Positions 14,858 to 23,340 are shown, numbered from the stretch's first letter. The stretch is 24,000 nt of DNA from Opitutaceae bacterium (GCA_027482905.1 JAIXVP010000091.1:7968-31967), one strand, 5' to 3'. Numbers and translations are program-made. The notes: generated from the sequence alone by a model not told the origin.

Positions 14858-17800
14858 GTGAGAATACCCCCGCTCATTGCCGCAGCCTTGTCGTCGTTAT
14901 TGTTGGGCCCGGCCGCGCACGCCGTGCCCGCGTTTCCCGGCGCGGAGGGATTTGGCGCCAACGCCAAGGGCGCCCGGGCCTCGGCCAGCCCCACCGTCTA
15001 CCGCGTCACCAACCTGAACGATTCCGGCGCCGGCTCGCTCCGCGACGCGGTGAGCGCCTCCGGCCGCGTGGTGGTTTTTGATGTCGGCGGCATCATCCGG
15101 GTGGGCTCCCCGATCGTCTTCGCCTCCAATCTCACCATCGCGGGCCAGACCGCGCCGGGCGGCGGCGTCACCCTCTACGGCAACCGCGTGTCCTTTTCCG
15201 GCGCGAACAACACGATCTGCCGTTACGTGCGTTTCCGCATGGGCATCGACGGGGACGACGGCGCGGACGCGGTCGGCATAGCCAACGGCAGCGACATGAT
15301 CTTCGACCACGTATCCGCTTCCTGGGGACGCGACGAGACCTTCTCCATCAGCGGCGACGCCGCCATCCGCATCACGCTCCAGGACTGCCTGATCGCCCAG
15401 GGCCTGCGCATCCACTCCGCCGGCGGCCTGATGCAGACCTCCGGGGGCGTGAGCATTTTCCGCACGCTCTACGCCGACAACTACATGCGCAACCCCAAGG
15501 TCAAGGGGGTGAACGACTACGTGAACAACGTGGTCTACAACTGGGGTTCCGGCGGCGGCTACATCCCGGCGGGCGATTCGGCCGGCGACTCGTTCGCCAA
15601 CGTGGTGAAGTGCTACTTCATCGGCGGACCCGAATCCGGGGTCGGCCGTTCCCCTTTCACGTCGGGCAACACCAACTACCGTCTCTTCCACACGGGCAAC
15701 CTCCAGGATCTAGACCTCGACGGCGTGCTCGATGGCGTCGCGGTGACCAACACGAGTTTCCCTACCCTCCAGCTCGTCGGCACGCGCTTTGCCTACCCCG
15801 CGCCGACGACCGAACTCTCCGCCCCCGCCGCGCTCGCCTGGGTGTTGGATCGGGCCGGCGCCTCGCACCGCCGCGACCGCACGGACGATTACGTGGTGGC
15901 GGAGGCCCGCACCTACGGCACCGGCGGCGTCTTTATCTACGACGAAGCCGACATGGGCGGCGTCGGCACCGTCGCCGCCGGCCTGAAGCAACCCGACAAC
16001 GACAACGACGGCATGCCGGACTGGTGGGAACAGGCCGCCGGGACCAACCCCGCCGTCGCCGACGCGACCGTGCTCGGCGCCGACGGTTACCTGAACATCG
16101 AACGCTACCTCAACGCCCTCGTGGTCGGCGGCGTGCCCGGGGCCTTCATCACCGGCATCACGAGCGACACCGGCGCGTCCGCCTCCGACGGAATCACCTC
16201 CGACCGAATGCTCGTGCTGCGCGGCACCGCGCCCGTCGGATCCAGCGTTTCCCTGGCCCGCGCCGACCTCGGCGTGCTCGGCACGGTCGTCGCCGACGCG
16301 AACGGGCAATGGACCTACGATTACGCCGCCACGTCGCTGGCCGACCGGGTGTATGCGTTCACCGCCGGCGCCACGGTGGGCGGAGTCGTCACTCCGCCGT
16401 CGCCCGCGCTGGTCGTTCGTATCGACACCGTCGCCGCCCCCGCCCCGGCGATCACGGGCTTGAGCCTGGCCCCGGGGGCGGCGGTTTCCGGCACCGCCAC
16501 GCCGGGCGACACCGTTGCCGTAACCCTCGCCGGACAAGTGGTGGCCACCGGCGTGGCCGACGAGTTGGGCAACTGGACCGCGCCCTACACCGGACCCGCC
16601 CTCGGCGCGGGGCAAAAGACCTTTACCGCCGCCGCGACCGATCTGGCCGGCAATCCCGGCCCGGCCTCCGGCGCCTACGTCGTGGACACCGGCCTGGCCG
16701 CGCCGGTTTTCACCGCGATCAGCACCGACAGCGGCGCGTCCGCCTCCGACCGCCTGACCAACGACGCCACGCTGGTGTTGTCCGGCACCGCGCCGGCCGG
16801 CGCGACCGTCAGCGTCACTCGCGCGGGCGTCGGCGTCGTGGGCTCCGCGGTCGCGACCGGCGGCGCGTTTTCGTTCAGCTACGCCGCGACCACGCTGCCG
16901 GCCGGGACGCACACCTTCACCGCCACCGCCGGGCTCGCGGGTTCCGCCAGCCCGGTGTCCGCGCCCTTCGTGGCGACGATCGACACCACCGCCCCCGCCA
17001 TCGCCTCCCTGCGCCGACTCACGCCCGCGACCTACTCGACCAACGGCGGCGGCGTGGTCTACCGGGTCACCTTCGCCGAGCCCGTCACCGGCGTGGACTT
17101 GGCCGACTTCACGCTCACCCGGTCGGGCACCGCCGGCTCGCTCGCCTCGGTCGCGACGGTGAGTTCGACCGTCTACGACGTCTCCGCCGCGAATCTATCC
17201 GGCGACGGCACCGCGCGGCTGGACCTCAGCGCCAGCGGCACCGGCATCCTCGACCTCGCGGGCAACGCCGTCTCCGGCGGCTACACCGCCGGGCAAGCCT
17301 ACACCGTCCGCCTCGCCGGCAGCGGCGTCTGGATAAACCTCGATAATGACGGCCTCTGGAGCGACTCCGCCAACTGGGACGGCGGCCTACTCGCCGGCGC
17401 CACCGGCGCCACCGCCGACTTCGGCCTGCGCGATCTCGTCGCGAACACCACGCTGATCCTCGACTCCAATCGCACCCTAGGGCGTATCGTTTTCGGCGAT
17501 ACCGATTTCTCCACGCCGGCCGGCTGGACGGTCTCCGACGGCGGCGTTTCCTCACGTGTCCTCACCTTGGACGGCACCTCCACGCCGGTCATCCAGGTTG
17601 ACGCCGCCACCACGCCGGCCGGGGACACCACCGACGTCCCCGCCGCCAACGCCACCCCGCACCACCTCGCCGTCGCCCTGGCGGGCGGGAAGGGCTTCAC
17701 CAAAACGGGCGTCGGCACCTTGGAGCTGAACCGCCCCAACCCCGCGCTCGCCGGTGCGCTGACCATCTCGAAGGGCATCGTCCAGGTCGGCCCCGGCGGC

Positions 17801-19573
17801 ACGCTCGCGCCCGCCTCGGTGAGTATCGCCACCTCGCAACAACTCCGCGTCACGGGCGGCGCGTTCACCACCGCCGGCAACGTCTCGTGGACCTCCGGCA
17901 CCGGCACGGGCGTTATCGTGAGCGCCGGAACCGCGAGTTTCCAAAACATCGTGCCGTCCAACGCGCGCAACAGCTTCCTCCGCGTCACCGGCGGCGTGGT
18001 CACCGCGAAGGACCTTAACTTCCCCCGCAGCGGCGACTCGGAGGCACAGACCAGCGGGACCGGCGTATTGATTTCCGGCGGCGACACGACCTTCGCGAAC
18101 ATCGGCCTGGGCACAGTCGACTCGTGGGCCGGCATGACCATCTCGGGCGGAAAACTCACCGTGACCGGCACCCTGCACAACGGTTACCAGAAGACCGCCG
18201 GGCGCGGCGGGGTGATTTACCTTTCCGGCGGCGAACTCGCCGTGACCGGCGCGACCAACGGCCTGGTGATGGCGCGCAACCCCGGCGGCACGAACGCCAA
18301 CACCAACAACGTCGCCAAATTGATCATCACCGGCGGCGCCGCCAATCTCGCCAAACTCACGCTCGGCTACGACGCGACCTCGAGCGCCGGCTCCGCGAGC
18401 GTCACCGTGAGCACCGGAGAGCTGAACCTCGGCGCCGGCGGCATCGTGAAAAACGGCGCGGCGGGGCTCGCCTCCTCGTTGTCCTTCGCCAGCGGGACCC
18501 TCGGCGCCCTGGCCGACTGGAGCACCACGCATCCGCTTTCGATCACCGATACCTCCGCCACGCCGCTCTTCTCGATCCGCGCCGCCGGACCCGACGGCGC
18601 GCCGCACGACATCGCGCTGAACGGCGTCGTCTCCGGTGCGGGCGGCTTCAACAAGACGGGCGGCGGCACGCTGACCCTCTCCGCCGCCAACGCGGTGGCG
18701 GGCAACATCCACGTCAACGCCGGCACGCTCAACCTCACCGGCTCCCTCGCCGCCGCCTCCGGCCGGTCCCTCGTGGTCAACGCCGGCGGCACGCTCGCCG
18801 GCACCGGCACCTCGAACGTCCTGCTCGGCTTGTTCCCGGGCGGCACGGTCTCCCCGGGCGGAAACGCGGCGGGAACGCTCACCGTGGCGGGCGGGCGGAT
18901 CTCCGGCGGCTCCACCCTGCGTTTCAACCTGGGCGCGGGCGGCGACCAACTGGTCATCCCGAGCGGCTTTACCTATTTCGGTTCCGGCCCGGTGACCTTC
19001 GCCTTCACCCCGGGAACGCTCGTGGTTGGCACACCCTACACTTTGATCACCACGCCCGGCGGAACCGCCGGCATCACGACCGCCAACCTCGCCTACACCG
19101 GCTTGGGCTACGGCAAGGGGCACTTCACGATCGGAACGAGCGGCATCCAGTTCACGTTGGACGACGACGGGGTCGCGCTGGCGCCGTTCTACGATTGGTT
19201 GACCGGACGCGGGCTGGCCGCCGACCCGGCCGCCGCGACGGGCGATCCCGACGCCGACGGCATGGCGACGCTGCTCGAGTTCGTGTTCGGCCAGGATCCG
19301 CTGCTGCCCGACGTGGCGCAGCTACTCGCCACCACCATCGTGGCGAACCAGGAGACGTATCCGGCGATCAGTTACCGACGTCGCCGGGGCCGGGGTGGCA
19401 TTGCCGTGGCGGTCGAGGCCGCGCGCGACCCGGGTTTCGTCACCCCGCTGGCGCTGGTGGACGTATCGGCCCCGGCCGAGCCGGACGGCTTCGACCGTGT
19501 GCTGGTGCGCACGGCGCTGCCGATGTCGAGCGAGGCGCGTCAGTTTTTCCGCGTCCGGGCCAGCTTGCCCTGA
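14858..19573 (+). CDS. Giant (1571 aa) secreted PL1-like pectate-lyase-fold protein fused to bacterial Ig-like repeats and autotransporter-associated beta-strand repeats
   Basis: The GTG at 14858 gives the signal peptide MRIPPLIAAALSSLLLGPAAHA. The N-terminal domain is AFPGAEGFGANAKG...VYRVTNLNDSGAGSLRDAV...LTIAGQTAPGGGV...RYVRFR...IFDHVSASWGRDE...MRNPKVKG..YVNNVVYNW, the pattern of PL1-type pectate lyases. It is followed by DNDNDGMPDWWE, adhesin-type Ig repeats, GFTKTGVGTLELN and GFNKTGGGTLTLS repeats, and a C-terminal module. Confidence 0.85.
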   Translation: MRIPPLIAAALSSLLLGPAAHAVPAFPGAEGFGANAKGARASASPTVYRVTNLNDSGAGSLRDAVSASGRVVVFDVGGIIRVGSPIVFASNLTIAGQTAPGGGVTLYGNRVSFSGANNTICRYVRFRMGIDGDDGADAVGIANGSDMIFDHVSASWGRDETFSISGDAAIRITLQDCLIAQGLRIHSAGGLMQTSGGVSIFRTLYADNYMRNPKVKGVNDYVNNVVYNWGSGGGYIPAGDSAGDSFANVVKCYFIGGPESGVGRSPFTSGNTNYRLFHTGNLQDLDLDGVLDGVAVTNTSFPTLQLVGTRFAYPAPTTELSAPAALAWVLDRAGASHRRDRTDDYVVAEARTYGTGGVFIYDEADMGGVGTVAAGLKQPDNDNDGMPDWWEQAAGTNPAVADATVLGADGYLNIERYLNALVVGGVPGAFITGITSDTGASASDGITSDRMLVLRGTAPVGSSVSLARADLGVLGTVVADANGQWTYDYAATSLADRVYAFTAGATVGGVVTPPSPALVVRIDTVAAPAPAITGLSLAPGAAVSGTATPGDTVAVTLAGQVVATGVADELGNWTAPYTGPALGAGQKTFTAAATDLAGNPGPASGAYVVDTGLAAPVFTAISTDSGASASDRLTNDATLVLSGTAPAGATVSVTRAGVGVVGSAVATGGAFSFSYAATTLPAGTHTFTATAGLAGSASPVSAPFVATIDTTAPAIASLRRLTPATYSTNGGGVVYRVTFAEPVTGVDLADFTLTRSGTAGSLASVATVSSTVYDVSAANLSGDGTARLDLSASGTGILDLAGNAVSGGYTAGQAYTVRLAGSGVWINLDNDGLWSDSANWDGGLLAGATGATADFGLRDLVANTTLILDSNRTLGRIVFGDTDFSTPAGWTVSDGGVSSRVLTLDGTSTPVIQVDAATTPAGDTTDVPAANATPHHLAVALAGGKGFTKTGVGTLELNRPNPALAGALTISKGIVQVGPGGTLAPASVSIATSQQLRVTGGAFTTAGNVSWTSGTGTGVIVSAGTASFQNIVPSNARNSFLRVTGGVVTAKDLNFPRSGDSEAQTSGTGVLISGGDTTFANIGLGTVDSWAGMTISGGKLTVTGTLHNGYQKTAGRGGVIYLSGGELAVTGATNGLVMARNPGGTNANTNNVAKLIITGGAANLAKLTLGYDATSSAGSASVTVSTGELNLGAGGIVKNGAAGLASSLSFASGTLGALADWSTTHPLSITDTSATPLFSIRAAGPDGAPHDIALNGVVSGAGGFNKTGGGTLTLSAANAVAGNIHVNAGTLNLTGSLAAASGRSLVVNAGGTLAGTGTSNVLLGLFPGGTVSPGGNAAGTLTVAGGRISGGSTLRFNLGAGGDQLVIPSGFTYFGSGPVTFAFTPGTLVVGTPYTLITTPGGTAGITTANLAYTGLGYGKGHFTIGTSGIQFTLDDDGVALAPFYDWLTGRGLAADPAAATGDPDADGMATLLEFVFGQDPLLPDVAQLLATTIVANQETYPAISYRRRRGRGGIAVAVEAARDPGFVTPLALVDVSAPAEPDGFDRVLVRTALPMSSEARQFFRVRASLP
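14924..15870 (+). other. Pectate-lyase (PL1-like) right-handed beta-helix catalytic domain (approximate bounds)
   Basis: Motifs are as listed for the parent CDS. The FDH.SASW..DE and RNP.....NN..YNW segments correspond to the conserved vWiDH and RxPxxR regions of PL1, with Lys at the second basic position (RNPKVK). Confidence 0.65.
16147..16990 (+). repeat. Three adhesin-type bacterial Ig-like repeats
   Basis: Repeats 1 and 3 are clearly homologous: ITSDTGASASDGITSDRMLVLRGTAPVGSSVSLAR...GQWTYDY and ISTDSGASASDRLTNDATLVLSGTAPAGATVSVTR...GAFSFSY. An exact 18-nt repeat ggcgcgtccgcctccgac lies at 16172..16189 and 16733..16750. The middle repeat is GTATPGDTVAVTLAGQVVATGVADELGNWTAPY. Confidence 0.7.
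17330..19120 (+). repeat. Beta-helix region with autotransporter-associated beta-strand repeats (approximate bounds)
   Basis: It shows recurrent Gly/Thr/Ala-rich beta-strand periodicity. Hallmark units are GKGFTKTGVGTLELNRPNPALAGALTISKGIVQV (about 17686..17810) and GAGGFNKTGGGTLTLSAANAVAGNIHVNAGTLNLTG (about 18637..18750). Confidence 0.65.
19175..19573 (+). other. C-terminal module B: GDPDADGMATLLEFVFGQDP, then about 95 aa ending FFRVRASLP
   Basis: Collinear with module A of the S8 giant protein: GDPDGDGRSNLLEYAFGLDP vs GDPDADGMATLLEFVFGQDP, and AFVRVIVTTP vs QFFRVRASLP. Confidence 0.6.
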
Positions 19574-19600
19574 TAGCCGCAACAGCCAGTGGCGAACCGG

Positions 19601-20371
19601 CTAGGTGGCCCGCCGAAGGGGGAAAATCGAAACGCTCACACCGGGCGAGGTGTGGGCGAGATCGGCAGGGCGAGAGGGCGCCGGGAAACCGTTGTCGGCA
19701 AACAGGGAGGTTTCGGCGGTGGTGACGGCGGCGCGGGCGAGCGGGTAAGGCGTGTGCCAGACCCGGCCGCTGGCAAGCGAGCCGTCGCGGCGGCGGGAGA
19801 AAAGCAGGTAGCGCTCGGCGAGGAAGTATTCGAGCGTGCCGGGTTCGGAGGGCCTGAAGGGGGCGGCGGGCGCGTAGGCGAAAGCGTTGGGTGCGCCGCC
19901 GGGGCGGCGCGAGTGGAACCGGGCAGGCCCGGTCGGCGCGGCGGGGCGTTTGCCGTGCTGGTGCGCGAAAACGTAGGGTAGGGAAAACAAGGTGCGGGCG
20001 AGCGCGACGGCGACGTGGTTGTTGCAGTCGAGGGAGTAGAACCAGACGCCGGGCGTGCCATCGGCGGTGTGGACATAGGTGCGCAGGTTCAGTTCGAGGA
20101 ACCAAGACAGGCCCGGAACGGGCGGGAGAAAACGCGGGCGGACACGATCCATCCAGAAGGGAACGACTCCGAGGTAGGCGCGGTCATCGTGCGTATCGAC
20201 GAAGAGCCCGGGCGGAAGGGTGGCCTGGATGGCGGCGGGGTCCCAGGCCCAGTGGAGAAAGAGCAGGTGGCGCCAGCTCTGGAACATCACCGGGCTGGAA
20301 GCGGGACGGAGACGCAGGGCCTCGCGTTGAGCGGCGGAAGGGCGGGAAAAGCGGGATGAGCCGGCGGTCAT
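19601..20371 (-). CDS. DUF2071 (YqjF-like) family protein
   Basis: The ATG at 20371 (MTAGSS...) was chosen inside track ORF 19601..20380. FQSWRHLLFLHWAWDPAAIQATLPPGLFVDTHDDRAYLGVVPFWM matches the W..L.F.HW..D...L...LP.GL..D...G.A.....F.M signature I associate with DUF2071. Confidence 0.7.
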   Translation of the reverse strand: MTAGSSRFSRPSAAQREALRLRPASSPVMFQSWRHLLFLHWAWDPAAIQATLPPGLFVDTHDDRAYLGVVPFWMDRVRPRFLPPVPGLSWFLELNLRTYVHTADGTPGVWFYSLDCNNHVAVALARTLFSLPYVFAHQHGKRPAAPTGPARFHSRRPGGAPNAFAYAPAAPFRPSEPGTLEYFLAERYLLFSRRRDGSLASGRVWHTPYPLARAAVTTAETSLFADNGFPAPSRPADLAHTSPGVSVSIFPLRRAT

Positions 20372-20428
20372 GCGCGGCAACTTGCGCGCCTCGTGCGCGA
20401 TTGCAAAGCGACCGGTCGCCGTCCCGCC

Positions 20429-22051
20429 TCAATTCCGACTGGCGCGGGCGAGGCGGATGGTCTCGGCGGCGGTGAGCGTGCGCGCGCCGGCCGCGCGGGT
20501 CTCGCGCGCGATCCGCCAGGCCAGATGCCACTGCCGGCACAGCACCGCCCAGCCGTGGAGCGGCCCGTGACGGGGGTCGTAGATGCTGGTGGCCTCGGAA
20601 GTGAGGCCGTTGAGCTCGATCACGGTGAACTCGCCGCGGCGGAAGGCCTCCGCGTCGGGCGTGCGCACGTCGTAGCGGCCGAAATGGAAACCCTGGAAAA
20701 CCCGGCTGACGCGTTCGACCTCGTCGAGCAGGGCCGGGGTCTCGTGGTGCGCGCCGTCGAGGAAGAGCGAGCCGCGGCAGTGGGTGCCCAGATCGGTCAG
20801 CGGGATGCGTTCGCCGGCGGCCGGCACCCCGTCGCGGCGGGCTGCGAACTGGCGCAGGAAAAAATCCGCCATGCACACGGCTCGGTCGTCGGCGAGAATC
20901 AGCGTTTCCAGATTCCGGATACCGTCGCCGGTCAGCGTGGGGGTGCGCTTCTCGGTGATGGCGAAGATCCGGCCGCGCGTTTCAGACGGAAGGCGGACGT
21001 AGAAGACGCCAAACTCGATGCCGGGCACGTAGGCCTGGGCGATGAGCGGGCCGGGGGCGGCGGCGAGGGCGGCCTCGGCGGCGGCGCGGTCGCGGGCGAT
21101 GACCACGCCGCCGCCGCGTTCGCCGACGTCGGGCTTGAGCACGACGGGAAAGGGCGCGGGGCGGGCGGCGAGGAAGGCGTCGAGCGCGGCGCGGCGGGCG
21201 GAGGCTTCGCCGGGCGCGATCAGGGCCCAGGGCGCGACCGCCCCGCTGGGATCGAGGGCGCGGAGGATGGCCGATTTGGACTCACCGACCAGGCCGCCGC
21301 CGGCGTCGATGCCGGGGTTCACGGCGGTGAACCAGGTGAGGCAGCGGACGCGCAGACCCAGCCAGGTGATCCACAGCACGACCGGCGGGTAGACGGCCCA
21401 CATGGGCCAGAATTCCCAACGAACGAGGCGGCGCCACCGTGAGAGCAGAAGCCGGCGGCCGCGCCAGGTGGCGGCCTGAAGACCGACACGGACGAGCAGC
21501 CAGACCAGCAGGCCGCCGAGGACGAGGCCGGGCGCGGCGGCGGTCCAGGTTTGCAACCAGGCGCGGGCGGTGTCGCCGAAGACGGCGGCGGCGCCGACCA
21601 GCAGGGGCGTCCAGAGCGCGCAGGCGAGGGTCAGCCAGAGGGCGAGGCGGGCGAAGGGCACGCGTAGGAGGCCGGCGGCGACGTAGGTCGGCAGGCGCGT
21701 GCCGGGCAGAAACCGGGTGGTGAAAATCAGGATCGCGCCGCGCTCGGATAGCCAGAGGGCGGCGCGGTCCACGCCCTCGCGCGTGACGAACCAGCGCAGC
21801 GGGGCGCGGTCCAGCCAGCGCGCGCCGAGCCAACGCCCGGCGGCGACGAGAGCGACGTCCCCCACGAGGATACCGACGAGGCAAGCGAAGGTGGCGGCGG
21901 GGAAGGAAATCGCGCCCTGAGCGACCAGCAGGCCGGCCGCGATGCAGGCGAGGTCCTCGCTGGCGAGCGTCGCGAGCGCGAGGCCAAGCAGTGTCCACGG
22001 ACCGCCCTCGGCCGCGAGAGCAAGACTGCGATCCACGAAGGCGGCGAGCAT
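20429..22051 (-). CDS. Fusion protein: N-terminal DedA/VTT (SNARE-associated) membrane domain plus C-terminal ATP-grasp carboxylate-amine ligase domain
   Basis: The ATG at 22051 (MLAAFVDRSL...) lies 14 nt after the upstream stop. The DedA motifs are ASEDLACIAAGLLVAQG and IFTTRFLPGTRLPTYVAAGLL, followed by further TM segments. The ATP-grasp region is FPVVLKPDVGERGGGVVIA...AQAYVPGIEFGVFYVR...EKRTPTLTGDGIRNLETLI...GRYDVR...FTVIELNG. The 174-aa N-terminal extension of track ORF 20429..22573 overlaps the NRDE gene in another frame and was rejected. Confidence 0.75.
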   Translation of the reverse strand: MLAAFVDRSLALAAEGGPWTLLGLALATLASEDLACIAAGLLVAQGAISFPAATFACLVGILVGDVALVAAGRWLGARWLDRAPLRWFVTREGVDRAALWLSERGAILIFTTRFLPGTRLPTYVAAGLLRVPFARLALWLTLACALWTPLLVGAAAVFGDTARAWLQTWTAAAPGLVLGGLLVWLLVRVGLQAATWRGRRLLLSRWRRLVRWEFWPMWAVYPPVVLWITWLGLRVRCLTWFTAVNPGIDAGGGLVGESKSAILRALDPSGAVAPWALIAPGEASARRAALDAFLAARPAPFPVVLKPDVGERGGGVVIARDRAAAEAALAAAPGPLIAQAYVPGIEFGVFYVRLPSETRGRIFAITEKRTPTLTGDGIRNLETLILADDRAVCMADFFLRQFAARRDGVPAAGERIPLTDLGTHCRGSLFLDGAHHETPALLDEVERVSRVFQGFHFGRYDVRTPDAEAFRRGEFTVIELNGLTSEATSIYDPRHGPLHGWAVLCRQWHLAWRIARETRAAGARTLTAAETIRLARASRN

Positions 22052-22065
22052 GGCGGGGGCGCGGA

Positions 22066-22794
22066 TCAGGCCGGGCGCGGCAGGGTCCAAACCCGCACAG
22101 GACTCGCCTCGGGATAAAACGTCTCGTAGGCCACGGTGGCGGCGGAGGGGCGGACGTTCACGTGGATGAGACTGCGGGTGGCGGCGTCGGGGCGCGCCAT
22201 GCGCACGGAATGGGCGGGGCGGGTAGGATCGTGAATGCGGTGCCAGGCGGCGAGATCGGCTACGGAGGGAGCGTCGGCGCGGGCGGCGCGTAAGGCGGCG
22301 AAGTTTTCCAGACGCCAGTCCACCACCTCGGCGGTGGCGAAGGAGGACGAGGAGAGGCAGGCGGGCGAGGCCAGCGCCCCGGCGGTGAACGCGATGCCGT
22401 TCCAGTGCCAGTGGCTGGCGGAGGCGTCCGGCGCAACGGCCACGAGGTGGAAAGGCGGTAGTTCGACGAGAGCGACGGCGGCGAGGCGGGTGGCGACGGC
22501 GGCGAGGTCGCGGGCGGGGGCGAGGTCGAGCACGAGGCGGCCGCGGCTGCGGGCGGTGCCGGCCGGGCGCCACGAGGAGGCGTAGTCGTTTAGCAGCGCG
22601 AGCGTGAGCCCGGCGGCGCTGACCAGCAGCCAGGTGCCGCCGGCGTCGGGATCACGCGGGGCGAGCCAGCGGAGGCCTTCGCTTTCACCGAACGCGGGCG
22701 GCGTCTCGACCGCGCGCGGGTGGCGTTCGTCGCGGTTAAAAAAGAGATCGTAACCGAGGCGGTCGGACGCGGCGGTCCAGGTGAAGGTGCACAT
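22066..22794 (-). CDS. NRDE-family (TANGO2-like, DUF833) protein
   Basis: The protein starts MCTFTW, giving Cys2 as in NRDE/TANGO2 proteins. It carries the eponymous motif in DLFFNRDER, then GGTWL. The length is 242 aa. A GGGAGA Shine-Dalgarno-like element lies about 12 nt upstream of the ATG at 22794. Confidence 0.8.
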   Translation of the reverse strand: MCTFTWTAASDRLGYDLFFNRDERHPRAVETPPAFGESEGLRWLAPRDPDAGGTWLLVSAAGLTLALLNDYASSWRPAGTARSRGRLVLDLAPARDLAAVATRLAAVALVELPPFHLVAVAPDASASHWHWNGIAFTAGALASPACLSSSSFATAEVVDWRLENFAALRAARADAPSVADLAAWHRIHDPTRPAHSVRMARPDAATRSLIHVNVRPSAATVAYETFYPEASPVRVWTLPRPA

Positions 22795-22812
22795 CGGCCC
22801 GGCGAATCTCCC

Positions 22813-23340
22813 TCAGCCGGCGGCCTGGGTGGCCTGGTGGCGAAGGGTGGAGGGCGCCATGCCGAAATCGGCGGCGGGCTGGTGGCCGAGGCGGGTGCAG
22901 ATGACCGCGATGAGCGCGTAGTGGTGGATGGTGTGGCTCAGGAGGAACTCGAGTTCGCGCGACACACTGGAGGCGGACCAGGAGTCGGCGCCGGAAGAGG
23001 GCGGATTTTCCATCCGGACGCGCACGGGGTGATCGGCGGAGGAGGAGGCGAGGGTCGCCTCGAGGCGCTCGGCGACGAGCGCGAGGCAGGCGCGGGCGTG
23101 GGCGCACTCGCGCTCGATGCGGAGATCGCGGGCACGTTTCTCGTAGTCGATGCCGGCGGCGTCGCCGAGGCCGTCGAGGAAACTCGTGTAGTGCTCAAGG
23201 ACGTGGCGGAGGTGTCCTCCGACGGTGGAGTTGAACACGGCGGGATCGCGGGCGGCGTAACCGGCGGGGTCGAGGGTGGAGAGGAGCGCGATGCCCTGCT
23301 GGACGACGGCGAGGTTGGCGCGGATGGCTTGGGCGATCAT
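22813..23340 (-). CDS. DinB-superfamily (DinB_2-like) four-helix-bundle protein
   Basis: The His pattern is typical of the DinB metal triad: GGHLRHVLEHY near the N-terminus and LSHTIHHYALI near the C-terminus. The protein is 175 aa, and the ATG is at 23340. Confidence 0.7.
   Translation of the reverse strand: MIAQAIRANLAVVQQGIALLSTLDPAGYAARDPAVFNSTVGGHLRHVLEHYTSFLDGLGDAAGIDYEKRARDLRIERECAHARACLALVAERLEATLASSSADHPVRVRMENPPSSGADSWSASSVSRELEFLLSHTIHHYALIAVICTRLGHQPAADFGMAPSTLRHQATQAAG

Noticed and set aside
19175-19573. Autotransporter beta-barrel, PEP-CTERM tail or T9SS C-terminal domain at the end of the PL1 giant protein (the same question applies to 4579..5020)
   Set aside because: The tail is too short for a translocator barrel. 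It lacks the PEP motif, TM helix and Arg cluster of PEP-CTERM. I cannot match it to the T9SS CTD pattern. I therefore reported it as an unassigned shared module.
15610-19725. Off-frame and antisense ORFs at 15610..17346 (+), 18124..19725 (+), 15710..16912 (-) and 17552..19123 (-)
   Set aside because: These are Arg-rich or Gly-rich artefact frames inside the PL1/adhesin CDS. They have no motifs.
22052-22573. N-terminal 174-aa extension of track ORF 20429..22573
   Set aside because: The extension is Arg/Pro-rich and overlaps the NRDE gene, which has strong family motifs, in a different frame. The ATG at 22051, 14 nt after the NRDE stop, begins the DedA-like sequence.
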